Shown piece by piece: positions 1 to 9,628 of a DNA stretch of 64,000 nucleotides. The notes beneath the pieces are model-generated. The model did no database searches, was not told the origin of the DNA, and worked only from the letters and a program-made list of their open reading frames with translations. The position numbers and the translations under genes are program-made. Position 1 is the stretch's first letter. Each line of letters starts with the position of its first letter. Source of the stretch: Escherichia phage arall. The DNA lies in the sequence record MN850584.1, one strand, 5' to 3'.

Positions 1-784
1 AGTACGGCAGCACAGGAGAACAGATAATAGGAAGACCCTTTGCACCTGCTTCCAAAATCTTCAAATTGCTTTTACAGTTGTTGAAGTCATTATCTACTAG
101 GGGAGCAATTGCAATACTGTGACCGTCATACACAGACATATACTCACCTAAATTTTTAATAGCTGGTTTATACTGTGCATTTGGAATTTTACGTTTTATT
201 TTAACCCACTCCGCAGTAGTTAGATACTGACTATTATTTCCAACAGGTGCAGAAGGATACACTTCATACCCTGCAATTGTCAATAGTGTATCATCAAATG
301 TATTAGCTACAAGAGATAAATCAGGCTCATGGCTTGCTCCTCCAGCCCAGATAATAGGTGTGTCAGAACTACGGTCTTTTGTCAAAGTAAATTGACCTTC
401 GTCGTAAGGTAGTGCGTTTCTAATAACGACAACATTACGATTTAAATGACGAATTTTGTAAGCTAGGTATTCTGTTGTTACAGTAACCACATCTGCTAAC
501 TTAATCATCTCTACAATAGTCTTTGAGTGATTAGTAAATACGCCAGCCATATAATGTTCAGGATTAAGCGAATAAAAATCATCTAAATCAACAATAATCT
601 TAACACCTTGTGCCTTCAGGCGTTTAACTTCGTCTGATCCACGAGAATACACTCTATTAAAAACTAAAACGTCTTTCTTAGGTTTAAACGTATTTCCAGC
701 AAATGGCATTACAATACGATGGTAATCACAACCACTGCCTAACTTATTATCACACTTAAGTACAGGAGTATTAGGATTTACCAT
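1..784 (-). CDS. Glycosyltransferase-like protein, N-terminal part (gene runs off window start)
   Basis: Open minus-strand frame from ATG at 784-782 to position 1, translated by eye; segment KILEAGAKGLPIICS resembles the GT-B family 1/4 EAxAxGxPVI motif. Not in ORF track because no stop lies in window. Confidence 0.4.
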   Translation of the reverse strand, partial: MVNPNTPVLKCDNKLGSGCDYHRIVMPFAGNTFKPKKDVLVFNRVYSRGSDEVKRLKAQGVKIIVDLDDFYSLNPEHYMAGVFTNHSKTIVEMIKLADVVTVTTEYLAYKIRHLNRNVVVIRNALPYDEGQFTLTKDRSSDTPIIWAGGASHEPDLSLVANTFDDTLLTIAGYEVYPSAPVGNNSQYLTTAEWVKIKRKIPNAQYKPAIKNLGEYMSVYDGHSIAIAPLVDNDFNNCKSNLKILEAGAKGLPIICSPVLPY

Positions 785-1457
785 ATTTTTGAGCCTCCTC
801 ATAAGAGATAAAAGTTTTACCATTGCGAAGATCCTCCAGTGATTGTTTATATTGTTCCCAGTTTACACCAATCCCCTGTTCTTTCTCTTCTTTTGACAGA
901 TTCGCAAAAGGTAAAGGATTATCTCCAAACACATCGTCAGGATGGATAAACGCCATAATTCGAATAGGACATGGTACACCGAGAATGCCTCGGTTCAAAC
1001 CTGCCAGTGGAACGCGCTGAATCCACTCTGCATCTTCATATCCATAACCGTGGGTGTATGAGCGGAAATAGCCAGCTTTCTCAATAACTGCACGGGAATA
1101 CATACCAAACTGGCACATACCTAGTTCCCAAATAACCACCTCCCCTTCAATACCTTTTACTTTATCTTTAAAGTATTCAGGCATACCAAAGAAATCCCAA
1201 CCATTTTCCTTTGCCTGTTTTACAAAATATGTTTCCCACCCTGGAACAACAGGATAGCAATCATCATCAAAAATAAACCAGTAGTCATACCCTTCATCAT
1301 AAAACTTTTTCATCAGTTCATTACGGGCATATGCAACACCTTTTCGTTCACGATCATACTGTACAACAAAAGTAGCATTAGGATCAGTCACAAGATAATC
1401 TTTAAGAGGACGCTTACCTACAGTAATAACACCAACACCAATTTTTGTATTTTCCAA
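771..1457 (-). CDS. GT-A fold glycosyltransferase-like protein
   Basis: 228 aa ORF; FIFDDDC (DxD) and YGYEDAEW motifs typical of GT-A enzymes; TTG start preceded by AAGGAG. Confidence 0.55.
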   Translation of the reverse strand: MENTKIGVGVITVGKRPLKDYLVTDPNATFVVQYDRERKGVAYARNELMKKFYDEGYDYWFIFDDDCYPVVPGWETYFVKQAKENGWDFFGMPEYFKDKVKGIEGEVVIWELGMCQFGMYSRAVIEKAGYFRSYTHGYGYEDAEWIQRVPLAGLNRGILGVPCPIRIMAFIHPDDVFGDNPLPFANLSKEEKEQGIGVNWEQYKQSLEDLRNGKTFISYEEAQKYGKS

Positions 1458-1466
1458 AATAACTCC

Positions 1467-2030
1467 TTAAATAATTTTATTCATGTCTTGACAATGTAAA
1501 AGGTGTGAAACAGCTTTTCTAGGATCATCATTACCTAAACGGTAGGTGTGAAATAAATATAACCCACGTAATAAACCTAGCCTTTTGTTGTTAGCATGTA
1601 ATGCTTTAGAGAAAATTATATCAAACTGTATTGATCTTTCCTCAAAAGGAATTTCATTCCACAGACTCTTACGAAAGAGAAGAAAGAATCCTGCTAAGAT
1701 AGCATCTGTAGGTACTTCCTCTATTGAGTTTCCCCATTCTAGATGTGCTCTTTTTGCAATCTCAATGTGGTGTAATATATTCGGATCTTCACTTCTTTCA
1801 TTATTAAATAATTGATATGTTGATCCCAATCTGTTACAAGATGCACCAAGAACATCAAAATCAGGATTTGAACGGACAATTGATTCCAGCCAAGCAGGTT
1901 GTTCTGGAAGAAGAAACATTGTATCAATGTCTCTTAGGCAAATCCAACTATCTTCTGGTAAGACACTTATTGTGTCATTGATACCTTTTCCAATATCTCC
2001 AGAAAGATAGGGAGTTATGTGAAATATCAT
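1467..2030 (-). CDS. Putative glycosyltransferase (GT-A-like)
   Basis: 187 aa ORF with CLRDID DxD-like motif; third consecutive glycosyltransferase-like gene. Confidence 0.4.
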   Translation of the reverse strand: MIFHITPYLSGDIGKGINDTISVLPEDSWICLRDIDTMFLLPEQPAWLESIVRSNPDFDVLGASCNRLGSTYQLFNNERSEDPNILHHIEIAKRAHLEWGNSIEEVPTDAILAGFFLLFRKSLWNEIPFEERSIQFDIIFSKALHANNKRLGLLRGLYLFHTYRLGNDDPRKAVSHLLHCQDMNKII

Positions 2031-2087
2031 ACTCCCTCCGTATTATTACTTTAGCATTTTTAGACTAAAAAGTCCAAATGGTTTTAC

Positions 2088-2282
2088 CTATTGATTACGT
2101 TTTGCGAGTTCCATTTGGATAGCTAAACTGTGATCTCGTGCTTCCATATACTCTTTATATGTTTCATTAAGATGATCACGACAAACATCACGCAGTTTAA
2201 TCAGTTTATCTGTAGGGATACCACTAAGATCATCCCAAGATTTTACAACTTCACCAGTATCATTGATCCCAATGGTTTTCAT
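2088..2282 (-). CDS. Hypothetical protein
   Basis: 64 aa ORF co-oriented in minus-strand block. Confidence 0.4.
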   Translation of the reverse strand: MKTIGINDTGEVVKSWDDLSGIPTDKLIKLRDVCRDHLNETYKEYMEARDHSLAIQMELAKRNQ

Positions 2283-2490
2283 CTACAACCTCCTTAATTG
2301 CTACAGCACAGTTTTTGCAGATACACTGCCCTTTACCTTTAGAAATCTGGATGTAAGGTTCATTTTCATTTTCGCCCTTACGTGAGTCATATATTACAGT
2401 ATTGAAGCACACAACGCAAATATTTTTTAAGATTGTATACTTATCAACTTTCTTTTTTGTTTTAAAGTTAACTTCAATAACATCAGCCAT
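2260..2490 (-). CDS. Small Cys-rich (zinc-ribbon-like) protein
   Basis: ATG at 2490 overlaps upstream stop (ATGA); CxxC...CxxC pattern (CVVC, CICKNC). Confidence 0.45.
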   Translation of the reverse strand: MADVIEVNFKTKKKVDKYTILKNICVVCFNTVIYDSRKGENENEPYIQISKGKGQCICKNCAVAIKEVVDENHWDQ

Positions 2491-2768
2491 CAGTGTAACA
2501 CTCCCAGTATGTTGTTTTGTGACATAACCATAGAACATTCAACATTATCGTGACTACGTGAAAAACGTTCCCAAACATCTTCATCGACTCGTAAAGCTAT
2601 ACAAGGATAGACGTTATCATTGATCATTTCAATTGAATAAACATCCACATTGTCTTCGTCTTCGATGAACATCATTGCAAACTGTTCTAAATGTTTCCTA
2701 ATGTAATGTACATCCTCTTCTGTAAGACCAATAACAAGATAACTTGCAACGATAACGCCATCTTTCAT
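2490..2768 (-). CDS. Hypothetical acidic protein
   Basis: 92 aa ORF in gene block. Confidence 0.5.
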   Translation of the reverse strand: MKDGVIVASYLVIGLTEEDVHYIRKHLEQFAMMFIEDEDNVDVYSIEMINDNVYPCIALRVDEDVWERFSRSHDNVECSMVMSQNNILGVLH

Positions 2769-2778
2769 CTATATCTCC

Positions 2779-3288
2779 TTAGCGATAGAATTGATGTTCT
2801 TTGTAGCGGTACACTAGAACCATATCTTTTTCCCAGTGTGCTCTTATTGTAGATTTTTTAAAGTATAATGCTCCTTTTGTAATATCTAATGCAATTCGTA
2901 ATTCTGGAAAATGGTTATCGAGATAAAGTAGACGTTCTGCTATAGCTTTAGCGTCTTTCCACTTATCGTGTTCCATAACGTTGAATGTCTTTGTGTAAGA
3001 GAATTGTCCTTTCTGAAACAAAACTTCTTTTATAGTATCAGGGAAATATGAATCTTTAGCCCTATTCAATACTACATTACCAACAGCAGACATACCGCGC
3101 TTTCCTTGATTACGACTTTCTGCATAGATTGCACAAGCTAATAGATTTTCTTTACTATCACGCTTTGTACACTTGTGAACTACTTTAGCAGTTTTTACGT
3201 TTGCAGCTTCGGCTTGCGCCACAACAGGTGTAAATGTAAAAGCAGTTAAGGATAGTAACGCAATTGCGACAAAGGTTTTTATTGACAA
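2779..3288 (-). CDS. Secreted SleB-like cell wall hydrolase
   Basis: N-terminal signal peptide (ALLSLTAFTFTPVVAQA); ACAIYAESRNQ...VGNVVLNRAKD...QKGQFS matches cell-wall hydrolase (Hydrolase_2/SleB) signature. Confidence 0.7.
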   Translation of the reverse strand: MSIKTFVAIALLSLTAFTFTPVVAQAEAANVKTAKVVHKCTKRDSKENLLACAIYAESRNQGKRGMSAVGNVVLNRAKDSYFPDTIKEVLFQKGQFSYTKTFNVMEHDKWKDAKAIAERLLYLDNHFPELRIALDITKGALYFKKSTIRAHWEKDMVLVYRYKEHQFYR

Positions 3289-3380
3289 ACTTGCCTCCTA
3301 TTTTGTTAAACGAACTTTTATTGTAACACAGAAGAGGCTATTTTGCAAGTGGAGGGGGACTATCCCCCTCTTACACTCTG

Positions 3381-3983
3381 TTAGATATTGTAAACCTTTG
3401 TATGAGTTACTACACCATCTTCTACAAAATCAATACGTTCTTGATCCGTGACTAGTGCAGACAACACTTTAAATTTAATTTTTACACGTTCAAAAGCTGG
3501 TTGACCATCTTTAAGATAATTATGTTCGGTTGTCACTGTCTTGTTTACAAAATCAACTTTTGCTTTACCGTTTTCGCGTAGGTGGAATGTTTTTCCTGCT
3601 TTATACACAATTTCAACATTACCTTCGAGAGTAATTCCTTCAAAAAGTTCACCCTCTTCTTCATTTTCTTCGCTTTTGAACAGACGACGAAACTCTTCCA
3701 TATCAAGATAAACAACATCTTCAGAATAACTATCAGTAAGGTATGTCTTACCATCCATTAACCCGAAATATTGCCAGATCGCAGAATAAACATCACTAGT
3801 TGATCCAAGGGTATCTCTGAGTTTAGTTCCACGGATTACTTCATAAACTTCAAAATTGAAACCAGACTGCAAAGCATCAAACAGCACATCACTAACTTCT
3901 AAAGCATAATCTTCATTGTTGTCAATATCTACAAGAAAATTGCCGCTACGAATAAGTTTTTGACCTTCTAAAGTAATACTCAT
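3381..3983 (-). CDS. Hypothetical protein
   Basis: 200 aa ORF in gene block. Confidence 0.55.
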   Translation of the reverse strand: MSITLEGQKLIRSGNFLVDIDNNEDYALEVSDVLFDALQSGFNFEVYEVIRGTKLRDTLGSTSDVYSAIWQYFGLMDGKTYLTDSYSEDVVYLDMEEFRRLFKSEENEEEGELFEGITLEGNVEIVYKAGKTFHLRENGKAKVDFVNKTVTTEHNYLKDGQPAFERVKIKFKVLSALVTDQERIDFVEDGVVTHTKVYNI

Positions 3984-4035
3984 TGTTTTCTCCTCTTCTA
4001 TTTAAAATATGCGCCCCGAAGGGCACTATGATTTA

Positions 4036-4632
4036 TTACTCGAACCAATCGTCGCCAGCGCCAAACGCTTTAACTACATCATAAATGTCAAGTCCAGCTT
4101 TACCTACACCATATGCTTTCAGTTTCCATTCACTATCTTCCCGCACCAGGGAGGCAACGTGGCAAATGGTATTACCTGCAAGTTCTGGAGCCAAGAAGTC
4201 AAAATCCAGCAGTTCAACGTTACGTTCATCATCGAAGATTTTAAGGAAACCTTCGGTAGCGTGACCAAGGCGTTTCTTACCCGTTTCGTCATCAATAGTA
4301 ATTACGAATGCAATTTCCTGTGCTTCAGCAGAGATATTATCCAGTGTAACATCAATCTGCTCCATTTGTCCTACACCGTCACGAACATCTTCACCTGCAA
4401 AAGTAGAACGTTCAGGGTCAAATTTCTGTGCGTAGCATACCAGGTGGCGAGGAGACAACAGTTCCGGCAGACCAGATGCATTGTGTCGGCAAATCAGAGC
4501 ACTAACATCCAGATCCAGTTTTTCGTTAGATTTCCAAGAGAATTCCAGACGAATGCGTTTCAGTGCTGGTGCAATCTTTTTCAGAGAAACTTTTTCGCTA
4601 GAACCTTTTTTCAGGGAAATTTTCTGAGTCAT
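4036..4632 (-). CDS. TerD-domain protein (tellurite resistance TerD/TerE/KlaB family)
   Basis: ISLKKG...VSLKK N-terminus, DLDVSA, AFVITIDD and SEWKLKAYGVGKAGL segments align by eye with E. coli TerD. Confidence 0.8.
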   Translation of the reverse strand: MTQKISLKKGSSEKVSLKKIAPALKRIRLEFSWKSNEKLDLDVSALICRHNASGLPELLSPRHLVCYAQKFDPERSTFAGEDVRDGVGQMEQIDVTLDNISAEAQEIAFVITIDDETGKKRLGHATEGFLKIFDDERNVELLDFDFLAPELAGNTICHVASLVREDSEWKLKAYGVGKAGLDIYDVVKAFGAGDDWFE

Positions 4633-4704
4633 AATTTATTATCTCCTTTGTTGTTAATTTACGTTATCTATTTTACTAATCTTTTCTACAAAGTCAAGCG
4701 TTTT

Positions 4705-5499
4705 TTACGCTTTTGCTCCGAATTTTTTAACCCACTCGCCAAACTCTTCGGATAGCAGTTTATCGTAAAGTTCTTCGTCAGACAAGGACAAATCTGCAAT
4801 ACCGATAAAGTCAACGTTATCGTATTCTTTTGCCAAGTCTTTCAGGAATTTAAAGTTTGCATTACCTACACCAACCATAAACCAGTAAACAGGAGTGTTG
4901 CGGTGTTTGTTCAGCAAACTACGTACTGCTGAAGTATCCATGTTCTCCCCGTCAGTTTGGAAGAAAATCATTGCAGGAGTACGATCAACTTGTGCATCAG
5001 TATCTACAACCTGTTCTACAACAGTACGTGTAACTTCTACAAGTTCTTTTTTACCAGTTAGTTTAGCAAGGAAACCCTTAGCCGGAACTTCTTCATACTC
5101 AACGACTTCGCGTGTAATATTTTTCATAGGTACACTACCGAAGTATGTATCATAGATCTCTTGCATTACTGGAGCATAAGCTGTACCACCATTGATGCAA
5201 ACGTTAGACATACAAGAGCCGACATAATCATCATATACATCAGCCGTAGCAGGAGGCAGTTCAAAAGAAGAACTATTGAAAGCCCACATGTCAATCTGTG
5301 CATTATCATCAAACTTCATACCAAACGGCAGCAGCTTACCTACAAAATCACTAACAGTGCCATCACGATACAGCTCACACATACTACCCGAAATATCTAA
5401 GGCGCTACCGACACGAAGAACAACATCGTTAATCTTTTTCTTACGCAGAGATACGGTAAGAGTTTCTTGACGTTTTTTAAGACTGATTTTATTGGACAT
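4705..5499 (-). CDS. vWA-domain protein (TerY/TerF-like)
   Basis: MIDAS-like LDISGSM motif; TerD-like ISLKK...VSLRKK leader; adjacent to TerD gene. Confidence 0.6.
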   Translation of the reverse strand: MSNKISLKKRQETLTVSLRKKKINDVVLRVGSALDISGSMCELYRDGTVSDFVGKLLPFGMKFDDNAQIDMWAFNSSSFELPPATADVYDDYVGSCMSNVCINGGTAYAPVMQEIYDTYFGSVPMKNITREVVEYEEVPAKGFLAKLTGKKELVEVTRTVVEQVVDTDAQVDRTPAMIFFQTDGENMDTSAVRSLLNKHRNTPVYWFMVGVGNANFKFLKDLAKEYDNVDFIGIADLSLSDEELYDKLLSEEFGEWVKKFGAKA

Positions 5500-5500
5500 A

Positions 5501-5770
5501 TTATTTCTCCTTTCTGAGTGTAATGTTAGTAACTTCTAAATCCACTTCTACCATTTCTGTATCATACGAAATACAGCTAAGTTGACCTCTTTGCGAACCG
5601 TTCAGACACATTGCTTGGTTTGTATTAACTTTAATAAACACTAAGTTTCTGAATGTATCTAAACCAGAATCTTGATAGGCAACATAATATACAAATGTAT
5701 CACCTGCGTCAAGTTCTCCAAAACATTTAGGTTCATCTGATTTGTCGTCTTTGATATTAAATTTAAGCAC
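5501..5770 (-). CDS. Hypothetical protein
   Basis: 89 aa ORF in block. Confidence 0.45.
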   Translation of the reverse strand: MLKFNIKDDKSDEPKCFGELDAGDTFVYYVAYQDSGLDTFRNLVFIKVNTNQAMCLNGSQRGQLSCISYDTEMVEVDLEVTNITLRKEK

Positions 5771-6326
5771 TGTCTTCTCCTTTACCTGCTCTCAAGCCTA
5801 AATAGAAAGCCTCTCTGGTGATCTTTTGCAACTCGTTTAAAGAGATAGTTACAACTAAATCATCTTCAATTTCTAGCTTTGAGTCTTCTTCTGTCTCAAT
5901 GCAAGTATTATGCACTTTGTGGTAAGGATTGTCAACACGTTTAAATTTATTATTTTCAGTGCTGAAGAAGCAATCTGGATCTTCTTCCCCATCACCCCAA
6001 CCCTGGTTAGGATCTTCTTCAGATCTTTCTGTTGGGATCTCGCCTGTAAAGTGCTCTTCTAATACCAGAGCAATCCCATCTCCAAGATCGGAAGAGAACA
6101 TCAAATTACAAACTTCTTCCCAAGGCATAGACCACTTAAATCTTTTACGATTGCCATGTTTATCTTCTTCGTTAGAGAAAACACTACCATAACTATCATA
6201 ATTCCCATACATCTCTTCGACAACCTTACCACCTTTCAAAAGAAATAGGTAGCAAGGAGAGCCATCGAAAGAGGTAGAAAGAGCAGCATTACCAGACTCT
6301 TTGCACAAGAAACTAAAACACCCCAT
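5763..6326 (-). CDS. Hypothetical acidic protein
   Basis: 187 aa ORF in block. Confidence 0.5.
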   Translation of the reverse strand: MGCFSFLCKESGNAALSTSFDGSPCYLFLLKGGKVVEEMYGNYDSYGSVFSNEEDKHGNRKRFKWSMPWEEVCNLMFSSDLGDGIALVLEEHFTGEIPTERSEEDPNQGWGDGEEDPDCFFSTENNKFKRVDNPYHKVHNTCIETEEDSKLEIEDDLVVTISLNELQKITREAFYLGLRAGKGEDSA

Positions 6327-6526
6327 TATACACCAGCCTTAAGATCAATTAAAGCCAAAGTTGTTTCAGAGTGTGTTTGCTCGTCTACAGGTGCAGTCAT
6401 ATGATAATACAAAAAATCTTCGGCATCATACCAATCTGATTCTTGACCTTGTTTCCAACCATCAATGAAAGCATCTTCCATAATGGTTTGCAATTCTTCA
6501 CGAGTTAAGTGAATATCTTTACTCAT
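6326..6526 (-). CDS. Hypothetical protein
   Basis: 66 aa ORF, start/stop overlap with neighbours. Confidence 0.4.
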   Translation of the reverse strand: MSKDIHLTREELQTIMEDAFIDGWKQGQESDWYDAEDFLYYHMTAPVDEQTHSETTLALIDLKAGV

Positions 6527-6759
6527 TACACATTCTCCTCTTTTACCAATTCCATCGTTGAATTGTCAAAACCATCTTTAGAAGAATAGGTATAGACAGA
6601 ACGTAGTTCTCGCAGGACAGTGAATACATTAGGATCATCTAACCAAGCATCCTGGAGGAGAACATAACGATCTTCATTGTCATACTGAACAGCAATCATA
6701 GAACCAGACAGTTTGTAAATTTTAATATTCATAATATATTTCTCCTTAAAGTAGACCAC
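6526..6759 (-). CDS. Hypothetical protein
   Basis: 77 aa ORF in block. Confidence 0.4.
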   Translation of the reverse strand: MVYFKEKYIMNIKIYKLSGSMIAVQYDNEDRYVLLQDAWLDDPNVFTVLRELRSVYTYSSKDGFDNSTMELVKEENV

Positions 6760-7849
6760 GTTTAACAGTTTGAATCATACCATCTTCAAGAGATTGCACT
6801 TCTTGAATGTAATCAATACGAGCAGCACGGGCTTCAGTGTTGATTCGGTTAGTTTCTTCCAACATTTTAACTAAGTTTTCTTGATCACGACGCAATGTTT
6901 CAATATCCAATACTTGACGATTAGCAAGTTGTGTAGCTTCAATCTGGTTTTGTGCAGCCAGATCACTACCCATTGCAATAGCAGCATTAAATTCATTCAG
7001 TACGTTGTTCTGTGTATCGGCTGCTTTCTTCTGGCGTAGACTTTCAATATACATAGAAAAGTTTGCAGAGTAAGCAGGAATAACATTATTCACAATATTA
7101 CGGGCTGATCGCATCAAACTTGCAGATACTTTCTGCATACTTTGTACACGTGGCCCCATCTGAACACATAGTAAGCGTAGGGCTTTCAGGTCTGCAATAC
7201 GAATTTCAAGCAGATCCATAGTATCACGAGTACGTTGACGCTCTTCTACCTCATTTTCAGGTAGTGTATTAAGGCGAATTTCTTCTTTTTCATAAGTAGC
7301 TGTTAGAAGCTCTATATCCCTGTTTAAGCTAAGGGCATATTTTGCAATAGCCTCTTCTAAACGTTGCAGATATCGTAAAGAATCTTCTTCTTTTTTCAAG
7401 TCTGTTTGGAGTGTCTTTACCAAACCTTCAATACGGTTATTGATGGTGTCAAATTCTCCAAACAAATCTTCTTTCATACCTAAAACTTTCTTAACTAGTT
7501 TACCTAAACCTTTAGATTGTTTAATAGAGTTAGGATCAAGTTGCTTTGCTTGCTTAATAAGTGCAGTTAAACGTTCACTCATTTCATCTCCCTGAGATGA
7601 ACGCTGGTGTTTAAGCACTTCAGCATTAAGGTTACGAAGAGTAAGTCCTGCATCAGCACCAACCTGTTCAATCTCTTCACGAGACATTGGAGGCAGCATT
7701 TGTACAGGGCGTGCAACAGCAGGGGCATATACAGGGCTTGCATCCATAGCACTTGGAGCAAACAAAGACTTACTTTTTTCTGTTGTTGCCGTGAATACAC
7801 TCATTTCAGACGGTTTGCTTTTTACGGCACTGATAAAAGGACTGGACAT
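6746..7849 (-). CDS. TelA/KlaA-like toxic-anion-resistance protein (tentative)
   Basis: 367 aa, strongly coiled-coil, size and context match TelA, which pairs with TerD-like KlaB in kilA-type operons; assignment is by context and composition. Confidence 0.4.
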   Translation of the reverse strand: MSSPFISAVKSKPSEMSVFTATTEKSKSLFAPSAMDASPVYAPAVARPVQMLPPMSREEIEQVGADAGLTLRNLNAEVLKHQRSSQGDEMSERLTALIKQAKQLDPNSIKQSKGLGKLVKKVLGMKEDLFGEFDTINNRIEGLVKTLQTDLKKEEDSLRYLQRLEEAIAKYALSLNRDIELLTATYEKEEIRLNTLPENEVEERQRTRDTMDLLEIRIADLKALRLLCVQMGPRVQSMQKVSASLMRSARNIVNNVIPAYSANFSMYIESLRQKKAADTQNNVLNEFNAAIAMGSDLAAQNQIEATQLANRQVLDIETLRRDQENLVKMLEETNRINTEARAARIDYIQEVQSLEDGMIQTVKRGLL

Positions 7850-7917
7850 TCAATTTCCTCCATATTCTTTAGTAGATGGTGATACCTCTGTACCACCATC
7901 ATAACACAAATTAAGTA

Positions 7918-8769
7918 TTAAACAAACATATCTAAATAATTTGTAGTAATAAATGCTCCATCTGCTTCCAGATTAACATAACCCGTGGTATTAGCAGTTA
8001 AGAAATCCAGATCGAAGGACTCTTTAACACCCCGTACCTCAACACGAGAGATATCGAATACAGGTAGTGTAACAGCCTCTTCGTGCAATACCGTACCTTT
8101 GTAGGTTGCCTTAATGATAAACTTGATATTACCTGTTCCAGCATCATATAAAACACTTTCAAACCCTTTGAGAGTATATTTATCACCAGAAGTGAAGTGC
8201 AAAGTTGCTTTGTTTACAGTACGTTTCTTACGAGGAGTTCCTTTCACACATTTATGATCACTACGTTTTTTGTATTTAGGAATGAATACAAACGATACAC
8301 TCTCAAGAAAGGTATCAACATCAAGGATTTTAATATCCTCTGTTGCAGCAAATTTTGAAGTCGTTGCATCAAAATGCTTTTCCCTGCGATCATACATAAA
8401 GATATCAAACCGATCTTCTAAATCAAACAAATTATGTATTTTAATTTCAGAATGCTTGCGCATTGCAGCAACCTTGAACTCTTCAAAACGTGGGTGTTCT
8501 ACAAGTTCTTCAAGTTTTACACCAAAGATAGTATATTGCTTCGAAGTCTTTTCTGGTGTTGGCATTACAGAAGCATAGTCCCCGATTGCGCTCTTAAAGC
8601 AAAATTGTTCTTGACCTGTATTTTTACCAACGAATTTACAGTATTCGTCATCGTGCATACTTTCCTTGGTAGTACCAACAAACTCAAAACCATCTTTATT
8701 CTTCTCAAGGATTTCTTGATTAAAGATCCAACCTTCCAGGCGATATACTTTACCAACTTCTAGTTTCAT
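7918..8769 (-). CDS. Hypothetical protein
   Basis: 283 aa ORF in block. Confidence 0.55.
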   Translation of the reverse strand: MKLEVGKVYRLEGWIFNQEILEKNKDGFEFVGTTKESMHDDEYCKFVGKNTGQEQFCFKSAIGDYASVMPTPEKTSKQYTIFGVKLEELVEHPRFEEFKVAAMRKHSEIKIHNLFDLEDRFDIFMYDRREKHFDATTSKFAATEDIKILDVDTFLESVSFVFIPKYKKRSDHKCVKGTPRKKRTVNKATLHFTSGDKYTLKGFESVLYDAGTGNIKFIIKATYKGTVLHEEAVTLPVFDISRVEVRGVKESFDLDFLTANTTGYVNLEADGAFITTNYLDMFV

Positions 8770-8804
8770 CTGTTTCTCCTTCTTATTTAATCTGTATTAA
8801 ATTA

Positions 8805-9395
8805 TTAACGACGACGTGAGCTACTAAAACTACGTTTCGACGAAGAATAACTTTTCGAAGACTTACTATAAGAGCTAATAGGGCTTGAGTAAGACTTACG
8901 AGCAGAGTAATCACTATTCACTTTTGTTGTTGACGGGCGTGAATACGTTTGTACACTTTGCTGCTTAATTGTGTTTTGTTTAGTGGTTGTATATGTATTT
9001 CCTTGTTTATCATAAAAACTATGCTTTTGTGTTGTATATGCTTTACTGTTAGTTGTAGGAGCAGCGTTGTTATTAATAATTGTTGTGCTGCTACCACCAT
9101 CTCTATAACCGCCACCGCCACTATTACCACTCAACATATGACCAAGAAGCATACCTGTAGCAAACTCACCTACACCAGACGAACCACTGCCGCCTCCTTG
9201 CACAACAACTGTTGAAGGTTGTGCAGGTGCTGCTTGAACAACTTGAGGTGCAGGCTGGTTTACATATTGTTCATCTACCATCTGATTTGGTGTTTGTTGG
9301 TAACGTTGATTTTGTACATTTTCAGAATCATCACAACCTACCAGCAATGCACTACCTAAAACAACTGCAACAATAAAAGATTTAATGTTTTTCAT
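8805..9395 (-). CDS. Lipoprotein with Gly/Ser/Tyr-rich low-complexity region
   Basis: ATG at 9395; signal peptide plus lipobox (LLVGC); glycine-zipper and S/T/Y-rich tail. Confidence 0.55.
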   Translation of the reverse strand: MKNIKSFIVAVVLGSALLVGCDDSENVQNQRYQQTPNQMVDEQYVNQPAPQVVQAAPAQPSTVVVQGGGSGSSGVGEFATGMLLGHMLSGNSGGGGYRDGGSSTTIINNNAAPTTNSKAYTTQKHSFYDKQGNTYTTTKQNTIKQQSVQTYSRPSTTKVNSDYSARKSYSSPISSYSKSSKSYSSSKRSFSSSRRR

Positions 9396-9588
9396 TTGTA
9401 ACCCTCTCATTTAAAGTCTCAACACAATTTTTAAAATCCCTAGAGAAACAATACATCTGTTCTCCGTTCCTGTTGATAGTAATTGTATGGTTATCAATAT
9501 ATGTTGTCAAGATAAAAATCAAACAAAACAACCCTAGAGCAAAACAAATATTTTCAAACAGAATCCAAAGAACACGTAAAACCACCAT
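9382..9588 (-). CDS. Small putative membrane protein
   Basis: 68 aa ORF with hydrophobic N-terminus; overlaps start of downstream gene. Confidence 0.3.
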   Translation of the reverse strand: MVVLRVLWILFENICFALGLFCLIFILTTYIDNHTITINRNGEQMYCFSRDFKNCVETLNERVTNEKH

Positions 9589-9628
9589 CAGATCACCTCA
9601 ACAAAGCCCCCCGAAGGGGCTTAATGAA

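Noticed and set aside
823-1020. Plus-strand ORFs nested inside minus-strand genes (e.g. 823-1020, 1585-1815, 4009-4755, 7607-7882, 12155-12397, 14515-14851, 18080-18433, 20211-20516)
   Set aside because: Antisense to longer motif-bearing ORFs, low-complexity translations, no ribosome-binding sites; they break the uniform strand-block organisation.
1-2030. Glycosyltransferases as T-even-type hydroxymethylcytosine glucosyltransferases
   Set aside because: Motifs are generic GT-A/GT-B, and a C5-cytosine methyltransferase in the window implies unmodified cytosine as substrate.
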